Positions 56,013 to 63,652 of a stretch of DNA of 64,000 nt are shown here, in pieces. Origin of the DNA: an uncultured Micavibrio sp. (lineage in GTDB: Bacteria; Pseudomonadota; Alphaproteobacteria; Micavibrionales; UBA1664); assembly GCA_964531715.1 (NCBI GenBank), contig CAZHEE010000005.1:21365-85364 (forward strand). Reading direction: 5' to 3'. The notes under the pieces are model-generated. The model did not search any database. It saw nothing but the letters and a program-made list of their open reading frames with translations, and was not told the DNA's origin. The position numbers and the translations under genes were made by a program. The stretch's first letter is position 1, and every line of letters begins with the position of its first letter.

Positions 56013-56816
56013 ATGAGATTTGAAGATAGTCCACATGAAATAAAAGATTTAGTTGCCGAAATTGACGGGCAACCTGCCCAAGCTATACTCATAGCGGCTT
56101 CTGAAAAGCTTGGTATAAATTGGAAAGAGATGCCAGCTAACAAAGTTTATAGTTTTATTATGAGGCAAGTAGCCGCAGATGGAACACAAGGCGATCTACA
56201 TAATGCTCGCTCCCGTCTTATGTCACTTGTAAACGGTGCAAGAGATAATTTAAGAGGTAAAGATAAAAAAGGCTCTTTATGGTCTAAGCCGCTTGAGCGT
56301 CCCATCTCAGCTAGACCAAATTTTACAAGAGAGGCATCTGAAAATAAAAGAAAATTTGAGTTTGCAGCCATTCTTCATGATATCATGATAGGATTTAAAA
56401 AATAGCATCCTGAAAAAGATAAAAAGCTTTTAGAAAATTATGGGGATATGCTAATAGCATTAATAGATAACTCTGGATACGCAAAAAATGAATTGGCAGA
56501 GCTGATATGTTTTCGGCTCAATGATAATATAGTACATCACTTTGGTTTAGCTAAAAAGCTATTAAAGGAAAATAGAATTGCCTTTAATAGGCATATACTT
56601 CCTCATTTTGTTGAAGGTTTTAACCGGTCAAAACCAGAAAAAGACTTGATATCCTTTTTATTGATGGGGCAAGAGTTAATAAGCCTAATTGAGTCAGGAG
56701 CAGATGCAGGAATAATTGGACAGCGCATAAATCAAGAAAAGTGTAAAAGGCATAAAGCACTAAATGCAAAACTTGACAGAGTTAATAACTATTCAAATTC
56801 TTTTCAATATAACTGA
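56013..56816 (+). pseudogene. AT-rich 267-codon reading frame split by one in-frame TAG (track ORFs 56001..56405 and 56448..56816)
   Basis: Both ORFs are in the same frame. Only the TAG at 56403-56405 separates them, and the 42 nt between them contain no other stop. Confidence 0.55.
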
Positions 56817-56821
56817 CTGAT

Positions 56822-56890
56822 CGAAACGCTTGGCACCTCCAAGATGCGCAGGATAAATTCCCGAATATTCAATTCAGTGACGTGAAGTGA
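56822..56890 (+). pseudogene. prfC: Orphaned native 3' terminus of prfC (23 codons)
   Basis: It translates as RNAWHLQDAQDKFPNIQFSDVK*, against RNAWHLQDAQDKFPNIRFADVK* at 55897-55965. A 20-nt core is identical and the other differences are mostly synonymous. Confidence 0.85.
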
Positions 56891-57109
56891 CTAGCGTTTA
56901 AATTTCCGTGGTTCGCTTGTTACAGGAACTCTTGCAAGGGCAGGTGCTTGTTGTAGATGTCTTTGAGCGGCTGAACCGCCCACAAGCGCTACGCCTGCTA
57001 AATTATTTGCTTTTTCAAAAAAGCGTCCTACAGCTTCCATACCTTGTTCAACTTTTGGGACTATATAATTTGCGACTTTCATAAATGCCATCCTTGCGAA
57101 ATTTTCCAT
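56891..57109 (-). CDS. Small ORFan, paralogue A (72 aa)
   Basis: MENFARMAFMKVANYIVPKVEQGMEAVGRFFEKANNLAGV... It has an AGGAGA SD and is a paralogue of 58521..58715. Confidence 0.55.
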   Translation of the reverse strand: MENFARMAFMKVANYIVPKVEQGMEAVGRFFEKANNLAGVALVGGSAAQRHLQQAPALARVPVTSEPRKFKR

Positions 57110-57192
57110 TAACTTACTCTCCTACTATCTAATGCAAGTATGGCAGGAAAATGTTGATGAAATGTTAATAAAAAGTAGAATTTTATGAAAAT

Positions 57193-57407
57193 TTAAAAAC
57201 CCTTTATTCTCTCCACCATCGCGAAAAAACCATTGCGGCGGTTGGGGCAGAGGTGCTCACTTAAGCCTAAAGTCTTAAATATTTCTTCCATATTTATATT
57301 TGAAAGATCGCTTATATTTTGCCAGTGATAAACACTGATAACAAGGGCAATCAACCCGCGAACGATAAGCGCATCACTATCCGCAAGAATGTATAGCCGC
57401 CCGTCTT
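57193..57407 (-). pseudogene. sufE: sufE 3' fragment (about 70 C-terminal codons)
   Basis: It translates as ILADSDALIVRGLIALVISVYHWQNISDLSNINMEEIFKTLGLSEHLCPNRRNGFFAMVERIKGF*. At the nucleotide level it is collinear with 59565-59775 of the intact sufE. Confidence 0.85.
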
Positions 57408-57945
57408 GATCGCAAACCGCATAAAGTTTTGAGTTTAAGCCGCCTTTGGTTTTCCCGACAGCGCGGGGAACATCCCTTTTTTTAACAGAGAGCTTGCTGG
57501 CAGCCTGTCCCCGGCCTGAACGGGGGGTGGGCTTTTAAGTGGGTGGCATCAATTTGTAAATGTTCAGGTTTAGACCCTTGCTCAACCAATGATTTGAATA
57601 TCTTATCAAATACACCCATGCGCGACCAACGGATGAAACGATAATATAATGTCTTATGTGGGCCCCCGGATCAGGGTCCGGGGCAAGCTCCAACATCAGG
57701 TGCATCACGCCATTGCAAACCACGCTTTAAAACATGGATAATACCACTCACTACGCGGCGGTCACCTGTTGCACGGCTTGACCGTGTAATCAACACGGGG
57801 AACGCTATGCGAACTTGGAAAATATCGTTAGATCACATTAAATTGTTCATCGCTTAACCAAAATATCACTCATAAAAATCTCCTTTTTCACAAGTAAATT
57901 ACATTCCCTTAATTGCAAAAAGACATGTTCAATAGGTCCTGAGCC
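57408..57945 (-). mobile_element. IS5-family transposase relic (N-terminal half; frameshifted, with small insertions)
   Basis: The minus-strand frames read WLSDEQFNVI., RRVVSGIIHVLKRGLQWRDAP, PHKTLYYRFIRWSRMGVFDKIFKSLVEQGSKPEHLQIDATHLKAH and AVGKTKGGLNSKLYAVCDQDGR. The putative terminal repeat is ggctcaggacctattg at 57945-57930. It is fused in frame to the sufE fragment. Confidence 0.8.
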
Positions 57946-58046
57946 TAGATTCGAGACTTACAGGTTATATCCAATAGTATATGATGGCTGCGAAGAAATT
58001 ACGGCTTAACTTGTTGAATCCTGTTGCGACCCTTCTCCTGTCTTAG
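57946..58046 (-). mobile_element. Second IS5-family relic (extreme 3' end of a transposase gene)
   Basis: The minus strand reads ..RNFFAAIIYYWI*, the typical C-terminus of IS5-family transposases. It abuts the other relic head-to-tail. Confidence 0.55.
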
Positions 58047-58213
58047 CTACTTCAGCTCTAAAAGTAAATTGTGACCACAGCCTTTCCCCGCGAAAGCGGG
58101 TGGCTTAAACACACGTATTTGAAATTAGTGTCTATTTGTGTACATTCGTGGTTGATACCAAAACACATATTGCCATTGTTCGAAGGCTGTTTTATATAAG
58201 AGGGCAATGGCAT

Positions 58214-58299
58214 GCGCCCGTGGCGGAATCGGTAGACGCTGCGGACTTAAAATCCGTTTTCCTTTGGAAGTGGGGGTTCAAGTCCCCCCGGGCGCACCA
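58214..58299 (+). tRNA. tRNA-Leu (anticodon UAA)
   Basis: Acceptor gcgcccg/cgggcgc plus A-CCA, anticodon loop ctTAAaa, a long variable arm, and the T-arm ggggttcaagtcccc. Confidence 0.9.
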
Positions 58300-58520
58300 A
58301 TTTTTCCTATAGTCATTAAATTAAAAAAACTTACAGATATGCGGGGAGTATTGACCTTTAACGGTGATTTAAGGTTGTGATTTTGCGTGTTTTTTTACAG
58401 CTTTTTCAATATGTTTAATCTTAATGGTGCAAAAATATGGCGAAAGAAAATACAGCTGAAACTCTAGGTTGTGTTTTTAACAAGTGAATCATCTTCATAA
58501 CATTTTAAAAAGCATAACTA

Positions 58521-58715
58521 TCAACACGACCTAGCGACTGGAACTCTTGCAAATGCAGGTTCTGGTTGTCCGAATAATTTACGACCCATAAGGGTTACAC
58601 CTGCTAAATTACTTGCTTTTTCAAAAAAGCGTCCTACAGCCTCCATACTTTGTTCAAATTTTGGGGCTATATAGTTTGCAACCTTCATAAATGCCATCCT
58701 TGCGAAATTTTCCAT
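58521..58715 (-). CDS. Small ORFan, paralogue B (64 aa)
   Basis: MENFARMAFMKVANYIAPKFEQSMEAVGRFFEKASNLAGV... The leader and SD are conserved with paralogue A. Confidence 0.55.
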   Translation of the reverse strand: MENFARMAFMKVANYIAPKFEQSMEAVGRFFEKASNLAGVTLMGRKLFGQPEPAFARVPVARSC

Positions 58716-58849
58716 TAACTTGTTCTCCTACTATCTAATGCAAGTATGGAAGTAAAATGTTGATAAAAAGTTAATCTTAAAAAAAGTTGACATAGAAATC
58801 TTTTTAATATAATTTAACCTTATGTTAATATTTATTGAAGGATATTGTA

Positions 58850-59518
58850 ATGAAATTATGTAATATATTTCGTAGGCGCACCCCAGCTTTAGTCTCAACA
58901 TCGGCAGCAGTAGTAGTTACAGCAGCAGCACTGTCAACTATACCTGGTAGTGCAGATGCGCAAAACTATGGTCTTGAAAGCTGTATATTGAAAGGTTGCG
59001 AGGCTCATTCAGCTAGTTTAGAGATGGGAGTACATCAAGGATTTTTTTATGAACAACCTGATAATCCTGAACAACATGATTTTAAGTCTGTTGATAGTGT
59101 TAAAACTCCTATTCAACATGAACTGTCTGATGAGAAGCTACGCATGTTAAGTCTTGGTTTAGCCGCAGGACAAGATTTTGAAGCCGCAGGTTCTGTTATA
59201 TACTCAGCAGATAGAATGCAAGAAAATCATAGTGCAGCTACCTTTGGTTTTATGGATAGTAACGGATGGGCTTTAGCGGTTTCTATAGAAGCTTTTACAG
59301 AAGGTAATGATAAGCCTGTTACCAATAAAATGAGAGGCAGGGGTGCAAATTCGGTTAATGTTGTAACTTCTTATGGAGTCCAAATCTCACGCACTCAAAT
59401 GGATGGTAATCTGGCCTCAACATGGTCTTTAGGATTGGGTTCAATTATAGAACAGGATGCTTACGAACTTGATGACAACCTTTTTCATATGGGGATGGGG
59501 ATCTATCAGAGAGTTTAG
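58850..59518 (+). CDS. Secreted hypothetical protein (222 aa from ATG 58850)
   Basis: The signal peptide ends GSADAQ. The sequence is Gly/Ser/Ala-rich with alternating hydrophobic segments and is AT-rich. I recognise no domain. Confidence 0.6.
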   Translation: MKLCNIFRRRTPALVSTSAAVVVTAAALSTIPGSADAQNYGLESCILKGCEAHSASLEMGVHQGFFYEQPDNPEQHDFKSVDSVKTPIQHELSDEKLRMLSLGLAAGQDFEAAGSVIYSADRMQENHSAATFGFMDSNGWALAVSIEAFTEGNDKPVTNKMRGRGANSVNVVTSYGVQISRTQMDGNLASTWSLGLGSIIEQDAYELDDNLFHMGMGIYQRV

Positions 59519-59544
59519 ATGTGCGTTTAGGTCGGAGTTGGGTT

Positions 59545-59958
59545 TTAAGGTTCTAGCAACTTAAAATCCTTTATTCTCTCCACCATCGCGAAGAAGCCAT
59601 TGCGGCGATTGGGGGAGAGGTGCTCACTTAAGCCTAAAGACTTAAATATTTCTTCCATATTGATATTTTGAAGGTCGTTTACTTTTTGCCCGTGATAAAC
59701 ACTGATAACAAGGGCAATCAGCCCGCGAACGATAAGCGCGTCACTATCCGCAAGAATATATAGCCGCCCGTCTTTTTCTTCCAAAATCATCCAAACACGA
59801 GAGGTGCAGCCCTTGACAAGATTTTCCTCTGTTTTGTATGCCTCATCTATATGCGGCAAATCCCGCCCCAAATCAATCAGATAGCTATAACGATCCTCCC
59901 AATTATCCAGAAGGGCGAATGTCTCTTGAATTGTTTTAATAGCCGGCATATCTGTCAT
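59545..59958 (-). CDS. sufE: Cysteine desulfuration protein SufE
   Basis: NWEDRYSYLIDLG...VKGCTSRVW (the active Cys loop)...RRNGFFAMVERIK. Confidence 0.9.
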   Translation of the reverse strand: MTDMPAIKTIQETFALLDNWEDRYSYLIDLGRDLPHIDEAYKTEENLVKGCTSRVWMILEEKDGRLYILADSDALIVRGLIALVISVYHGQKVNDLQNINMEEIFKSLGLSEHLSPNRRNGFFAMVERIKDFKLLEP

Positions 59959-60086
59959 CTTAACGAATATTTAGGTTTTGACCGTAAAAGTAAAGATATA
60001 AGAAAAATGATTGCCCCTCTTGCCATCCTATCATGACATTGGCACAGTGGTAGGCAAGATTCACGAAACGGGAAGACAGATTATCC

Positions 60087-61388
60087 ATGGCGAAATCAGA
60101 CGATACAGGCGACGGCAAAAACACACTATACTGCTCATTCTGCGGGAAGAGCCAGCATGAGGTGCGCAAACTGATTGCAGGGCCAAATGTCTTTATATGT
60201 AATGAATGTGTTGAGCTGTGCATGGATATCATCCGTGAAGAAGATAAAACGCAGCTTGCCTCATCAGAAGATGGCGGTATTCCAACCCCGTCAGAAATTC
60301 GTGGAGTGCTTGACGATTATGTGATTGGGCAAGATGATGCGAAGCGTGTGCTGTCTGTCGCTGTCCACAACCACTATAAACGCCTTGAATATGGCGGTAA
60401 AGGTGAGGATGTCGAGCTTGCCAAGTCGAATATCCTGCTTATCGGGCCAACCGGTTGCGGTAAGACTTTGCTGGCCGAAACATTGGCGAAGACTTTTGAT
60501 GTGCCATTTACAATGGCGGATGCAACGACCTTGACCGAGGCCGGTTATGTCGGTGAAGATGTTGAAAATATTGTCTTAAAATTGCTTCAACAAGCGGATT
60601 ATAATGTCGAGAAGGCGGAGCGCGGTATCGTTTATATTGACGAGATTGATAAAATTTCGCGTAAATCCGATAATCCGTCTATTACTCGTGATGTAAGCGG
60701 CGAGGGGGTTCAGCAGGCGCTCCTGAAACTCATGGAGGGGACAGTCGCCTCTGTACCACCGCAAGGTGGGCGCAAGCATCCTCAACAGGAATTCTTGCAG
60801 GTTGATACAAAAAACATTCTTTTTATATGCGGCGGGGCTTTCGCCGGGATTGATAAAGTGATTTCACAGCGCGGTCGCGGAACATCTATCGGCTTTGGCG
60901 CGGATGTGCGTGGGCCTGAGACTCGCGGCGTGGGAGAGTTGCTCTCTATGCTTGAGACAGAAGATTTGTTGAAATTCGGTTTGATTCCTGAATTTGTCGG
61001 ACGCTTGCCTGTTCTGGCAACATTGCGTGACCTTGATGCCGATGCGCTTGTCCAGATTTTGACAGAGCCGAAAAACGCACTTGTGAAGCAATATGGCAAG
61101 CTGTTCGAGCTTGAGGGCGTGAAGTTGACCTTTAAAGAGGATGCACTCAAAGCCATTGCAGAAAAAGCGATTGAGCGTAAAACGGGGGCGCGCGGCTTGC
61201 GGTCTATTATTGAAAATATGTTGCTTGATACAATGTATGAAGTGCCTAACCTCGATGATGTGACTGAGGTTGTTGTGAATGCCGACACAGTTAATAAAGA
61301 TGATGTTCAACCCATCTATGTGCGCGGTGACAGCAATAAAAAATCAAAAAAGAAAAAATCTGAAGAAAAGGAAAAGGCCGCGAGTTAA
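60087..61388 (+). CDS. clpX: ATP-dependent Clp protease ATP-binding subunit ClpX
   Basis: Zn-finger [27 protein letters not shown], Walker A GPTGCGKT, and the motifs [16 protein letters not shown] and IGF-loop GFGA. Confidence 0.97.
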   Translation: MAKSDDTGDGKNTLYCSFCGKSQHEVRKLIAGPNVFICNECVELCMDIIREEDKTQLASSEDGGIPTPSEIRGVLDDYVIGQDDAKRVLSVAVHNHYKRLEYGGKGEDVELAKSNILLIGPTGCGKTLLAETLAKTFDVPFTMADATTLTEAGYVGEDVENIVLKLLQQADYNVEKAERGIVYIDEIDKISRKSDNPSITRDVSGEGVQQALLKLMEGTVASVPPQGGRKHPQQEFLQVDTKNILFICGGAFAGIDKVISQRGRGTSIGFGADVRGPETRGVGELLSMLETEDLLKFGLIPEFVGRLPVLATLRDLDADALVQILTEPKNALVKQYGKLFELEGVKLTFKEDALKAIAEKAIERKTGARGLRSIIENMLLDTMYEVPNLDDVTEVVVNADTVNKDDVQPIYVRGDSNKKSKKKKSEEKEKAAS

Positions 61389-61403
61389 GTGTGTAAAGGC
61401 TAA

Positions 61404-62069
61404 ATGAACTTTCAAGCTTTTCAGGATTTTTACACGCATCATGCCGAGGATATGGACGCGCGTTGGGGTGATTTTATCGCGCTTCAGGCGGAATGGATTT
61501 TAAACCGCCTTAAAATTCTTTATAAACCGGATGCTTCTTTCAAGGTGATTGATCTGGGGTGTGGTACGGGGGAAATTCTATCCCAAATTACCGCGTTTTT
61601 CCCGAATGCACTGCTTCATGGCGTTGATGGAACAAGTGCAATGATTGCGAAAGCTCAAGCCAAGCTAAAAAACCGCGCGGTTTTGACACAAACTGATTTG
61701 GCTGAGTTTCAGTTCACTGATCGCTTTGATGTGATTATCTCAACGACGGTTTTGCATCATCTTGAAAGCCCTATGAACCATATAGAAAGTTTTTACAGCG
61801 GGCTTGCCGAAAACGGGCATATATTCTTATCTGAAATTGCAATAAATAGTTGGAAGCTTTATCTGGCAAGCCTGTGGTGGCGATATAGGCACAAATCCCA
61901 TCATCACGATTGGAGTGAAAAAGACTTTCGTTATTTCATAAGAACATGTGGACTTAAAATAGAAAACGCCGCAATCCTTAAGCCTGATGATTTCTGGCGA
62001 CTGCAAATCTATCATCTGAGCATAAATGATAAAGCAATGGGGACACCTTCAATCACTCTTCTTTTATAA
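61404..62069 (+). CDS. Class I SAM-dependent methyltransferase
   Basis: Motif I VIDLGCGTGE, and post-I/II motifs (GVDGTSAM; DVIISTTVLHH). Confidence 0.8.
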   Translation: MNFQAFQDFYTHHAEDMDARWGDFIALQAEWILNRLKILYKPDASFKVIDLGCGTGEILSQITAFFPNALLHGVDGTSAMIAKAQAKLKNRAVLTQTDLAEFQFTDRFDVIISTTVLHHLESPMNHIESFYSGLAENGHIFLSEIAINSWKLYLASLWWRYRHKSHHHDWSEKDFRYFIRTCGLKIENAAILKPDDFWRLQIYHLSINDKAMGTPSITLLL

Positions 62070-62190
62070 CGGGGACGACAACTGAACCGCCTGCAAAACC
62101 TTGTGTCATTAATCACTCTCCTATAAAGTTTATACTTAATTATAGAAAACAAGAGTTGAGACCGGTTTAATAATCGATAAAATTGTATCT

Positions 62191-62811
62191 ATGTTTGTGA
62201 GCCAAGCGCATAAAGACTTCATCACCCAACAAATGCAGGGCTTGGCGGCATATGATGCCAAACGCCCTAAAGGCCATGTTTATGAGTTCCATTTGCATTC
62301 GAAACGTGTTGCCAAAACGCTCAAATCTTTTTCCCAAACATTAGGGTTTGATGAGGCAATGGCCGAGGCTCTTTATTGGGCGATGTTACCGCATGATATC
62401 GGCAAAATGGCAATGCCGGTCGAAATTTGGGATTTGCCTGAAAAACCCACGGAAGAAGAACGCCATGAACGCCGAAGCCATACTTGGCGGGGGGCGGATA
62501 TTGTGAAATCTCATTTTGGTGAGGAGGTTTGCGCGCAAGATACTTTTCTAAAGCTGATGATCGACCTCATGCTCTATCATCATGAATGTGTTGACGGGAG
62601 CGGCTATCGCGGATTAAAAAGCGAAGAGATGAGCCTTGAAATAAAGCTTGCCTGTATCTGTGATGCTTTTGATGGCTGGACGATTTTTCGACCACATTTC
62701 GATGATCGCGATACTTCGCCGAATGCGGTGATTGAGCGCATGAAAACCGATAAGGCTGGACAATTTGATACGCAACTTTTACTATCTTTTCAGGAGTTTA
62801 TGAATGATTGA
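62191..62811 (+). CDS. HD-GYP-type HD-domain protein (GYR variant)
   Basis: LPHDIGKMAMP, HTWRGADIV, YHHECVDGSGYRG and CDAFDGWT. It overlaps nfeD by 8 nt. Confidence 0.8.
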   Translation: MFVSQAHKDFITQQMQGLAAYDAKRPKGHVYEFHLHSKRVAKTLKSFSQTLGFDEAMAEALYWAMLPHDIGKMAMPVEIWDLPEKPTEEERHERRSHTWRGADIVKSHFGEEVCAQDTFLKLMIDLMLYHHECVDGSGYRGLKSEEMSLEIKLACICDAFDGWTIFRPHFDDRDTSPNAVIERMKTDKAGQFDTQLLLSFQEFMND

Positions 62812-63232
62812 GATTTTCTTTATTTTGGCTTTTGTCCTGTTGGTCAGTGAAGCCTTCAACCCGACTTTGGGCATTCAGGCTATTCTCGGCTTCTTATTTT
62901 ATGTGGCAGGCCTCTGGGCTTTTGTTCAGTCGGATGCAGAGACATTTTACGGTTTTACGTTAGGTAATATCATTACGCTTGGTATCATCTTCTTTGCCGC
63001 CTTTGTAATTTTGCTTGTTTATTTAAGGAAAAACCGCCACAAGAAAGTCGAGACTGGAGTCGAATCGCTTAAAGGAGAAGAAGCGACGGTTAAATCTTGG
63101 TCAGATACAAAGGGTATCGTTTTCATCGATGGTGAAGATTGGCGCGCAAGCGGTCCTGATACCATTAAATCAGGCGATATTGTTATTATTGAAGGCTATA
63201 AAGACCTAACATTAATTGTAAAACAGAAATGA
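62804..63232 (+). CDS. nfeD: NfeD-family membrane protein
   Basis: Three TM helices and a C-terminal OB-like domain (GEEATVKSW..GIVFIDGEDWRASGPDTIKSGDIVIIEG). Confidence 0.8.
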   Translation: MIEIFFILAFVLLVSEAFNPTLGIQAILGFLFYVAGLWAFVQSDAETFYGFTLGNIITLGIIFFAAFVILLVYLRKNRHKKVETGVESLKGEEATVKSWSDTKGIVFIDGEDWRASGPDTIKSGDIVIIEGYKDLTLIVKQK

Positions 63233-63633
63233 AAATTTTATTATTCTTCATATTGCTATTAACGGTTTCAGCACAAGCAAAGGCTTGTATAGGACCTCCC
63301 GCTCATTCCGCCGTATTTTTTGAAGCTTTACCTGTTGAATCTTTAGATAGAGAATATGTTTTTCTTATTGAAATCTTGAAAGATAGGAAGCAAACAGACC
63401 CTAGTAAAATAGTAACAGTAAAAGTTTTAAATAAAAAAAAGGGCAAGAAAGATTTTAAAAAAATAGACATTTCTATACCTCTACATACTTGTTATGGTGG
63501 TCGAGACCTTGAAAAAGGACAAAAATTTTTCGTATCTGGTTCTTTTAAGTCTAATAATTGGTATGAATTTGGTAAAATATTTAATGCTGAAATGAAATCG
63601 ATGGACATTAAGTCACCTCTATTCTTTTTCTAA
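63229..63633 (+). CDS. Secreted Lys-rich hypothetical protein, AT-rich ORFan
   Basis: The signal peptide is MKILLFFILLLTVSAQAKAC. It has an ATGA overlap with nfeD and is markedly more AT-rich than its neighbours. Confidence 0.55.
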   Translation: MKILLFFILLLTVSAQAKACIGPPAHSAVFFEALPVESLDREYVFLIEILKDRKQTDPSKIVTVKVLNKKKGKKDFKKIDISIPLHTCYGGRDLEKGQKFFVSGSFKSNNWYEFGKIFNAEMKSMDIKSPLFFF

Positions 63634-63652
63634 AATGAAGGGAAAATAACTC

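Noticed and set aside
60087-61388. clpX without an upstream clpP as a possible anomaly
   Set aside because: clpP may simply lie elsewhere in the genome. A 64-kb window cannot establish absence, and the locus has clearly been rearranged by the neighbouring duplication.
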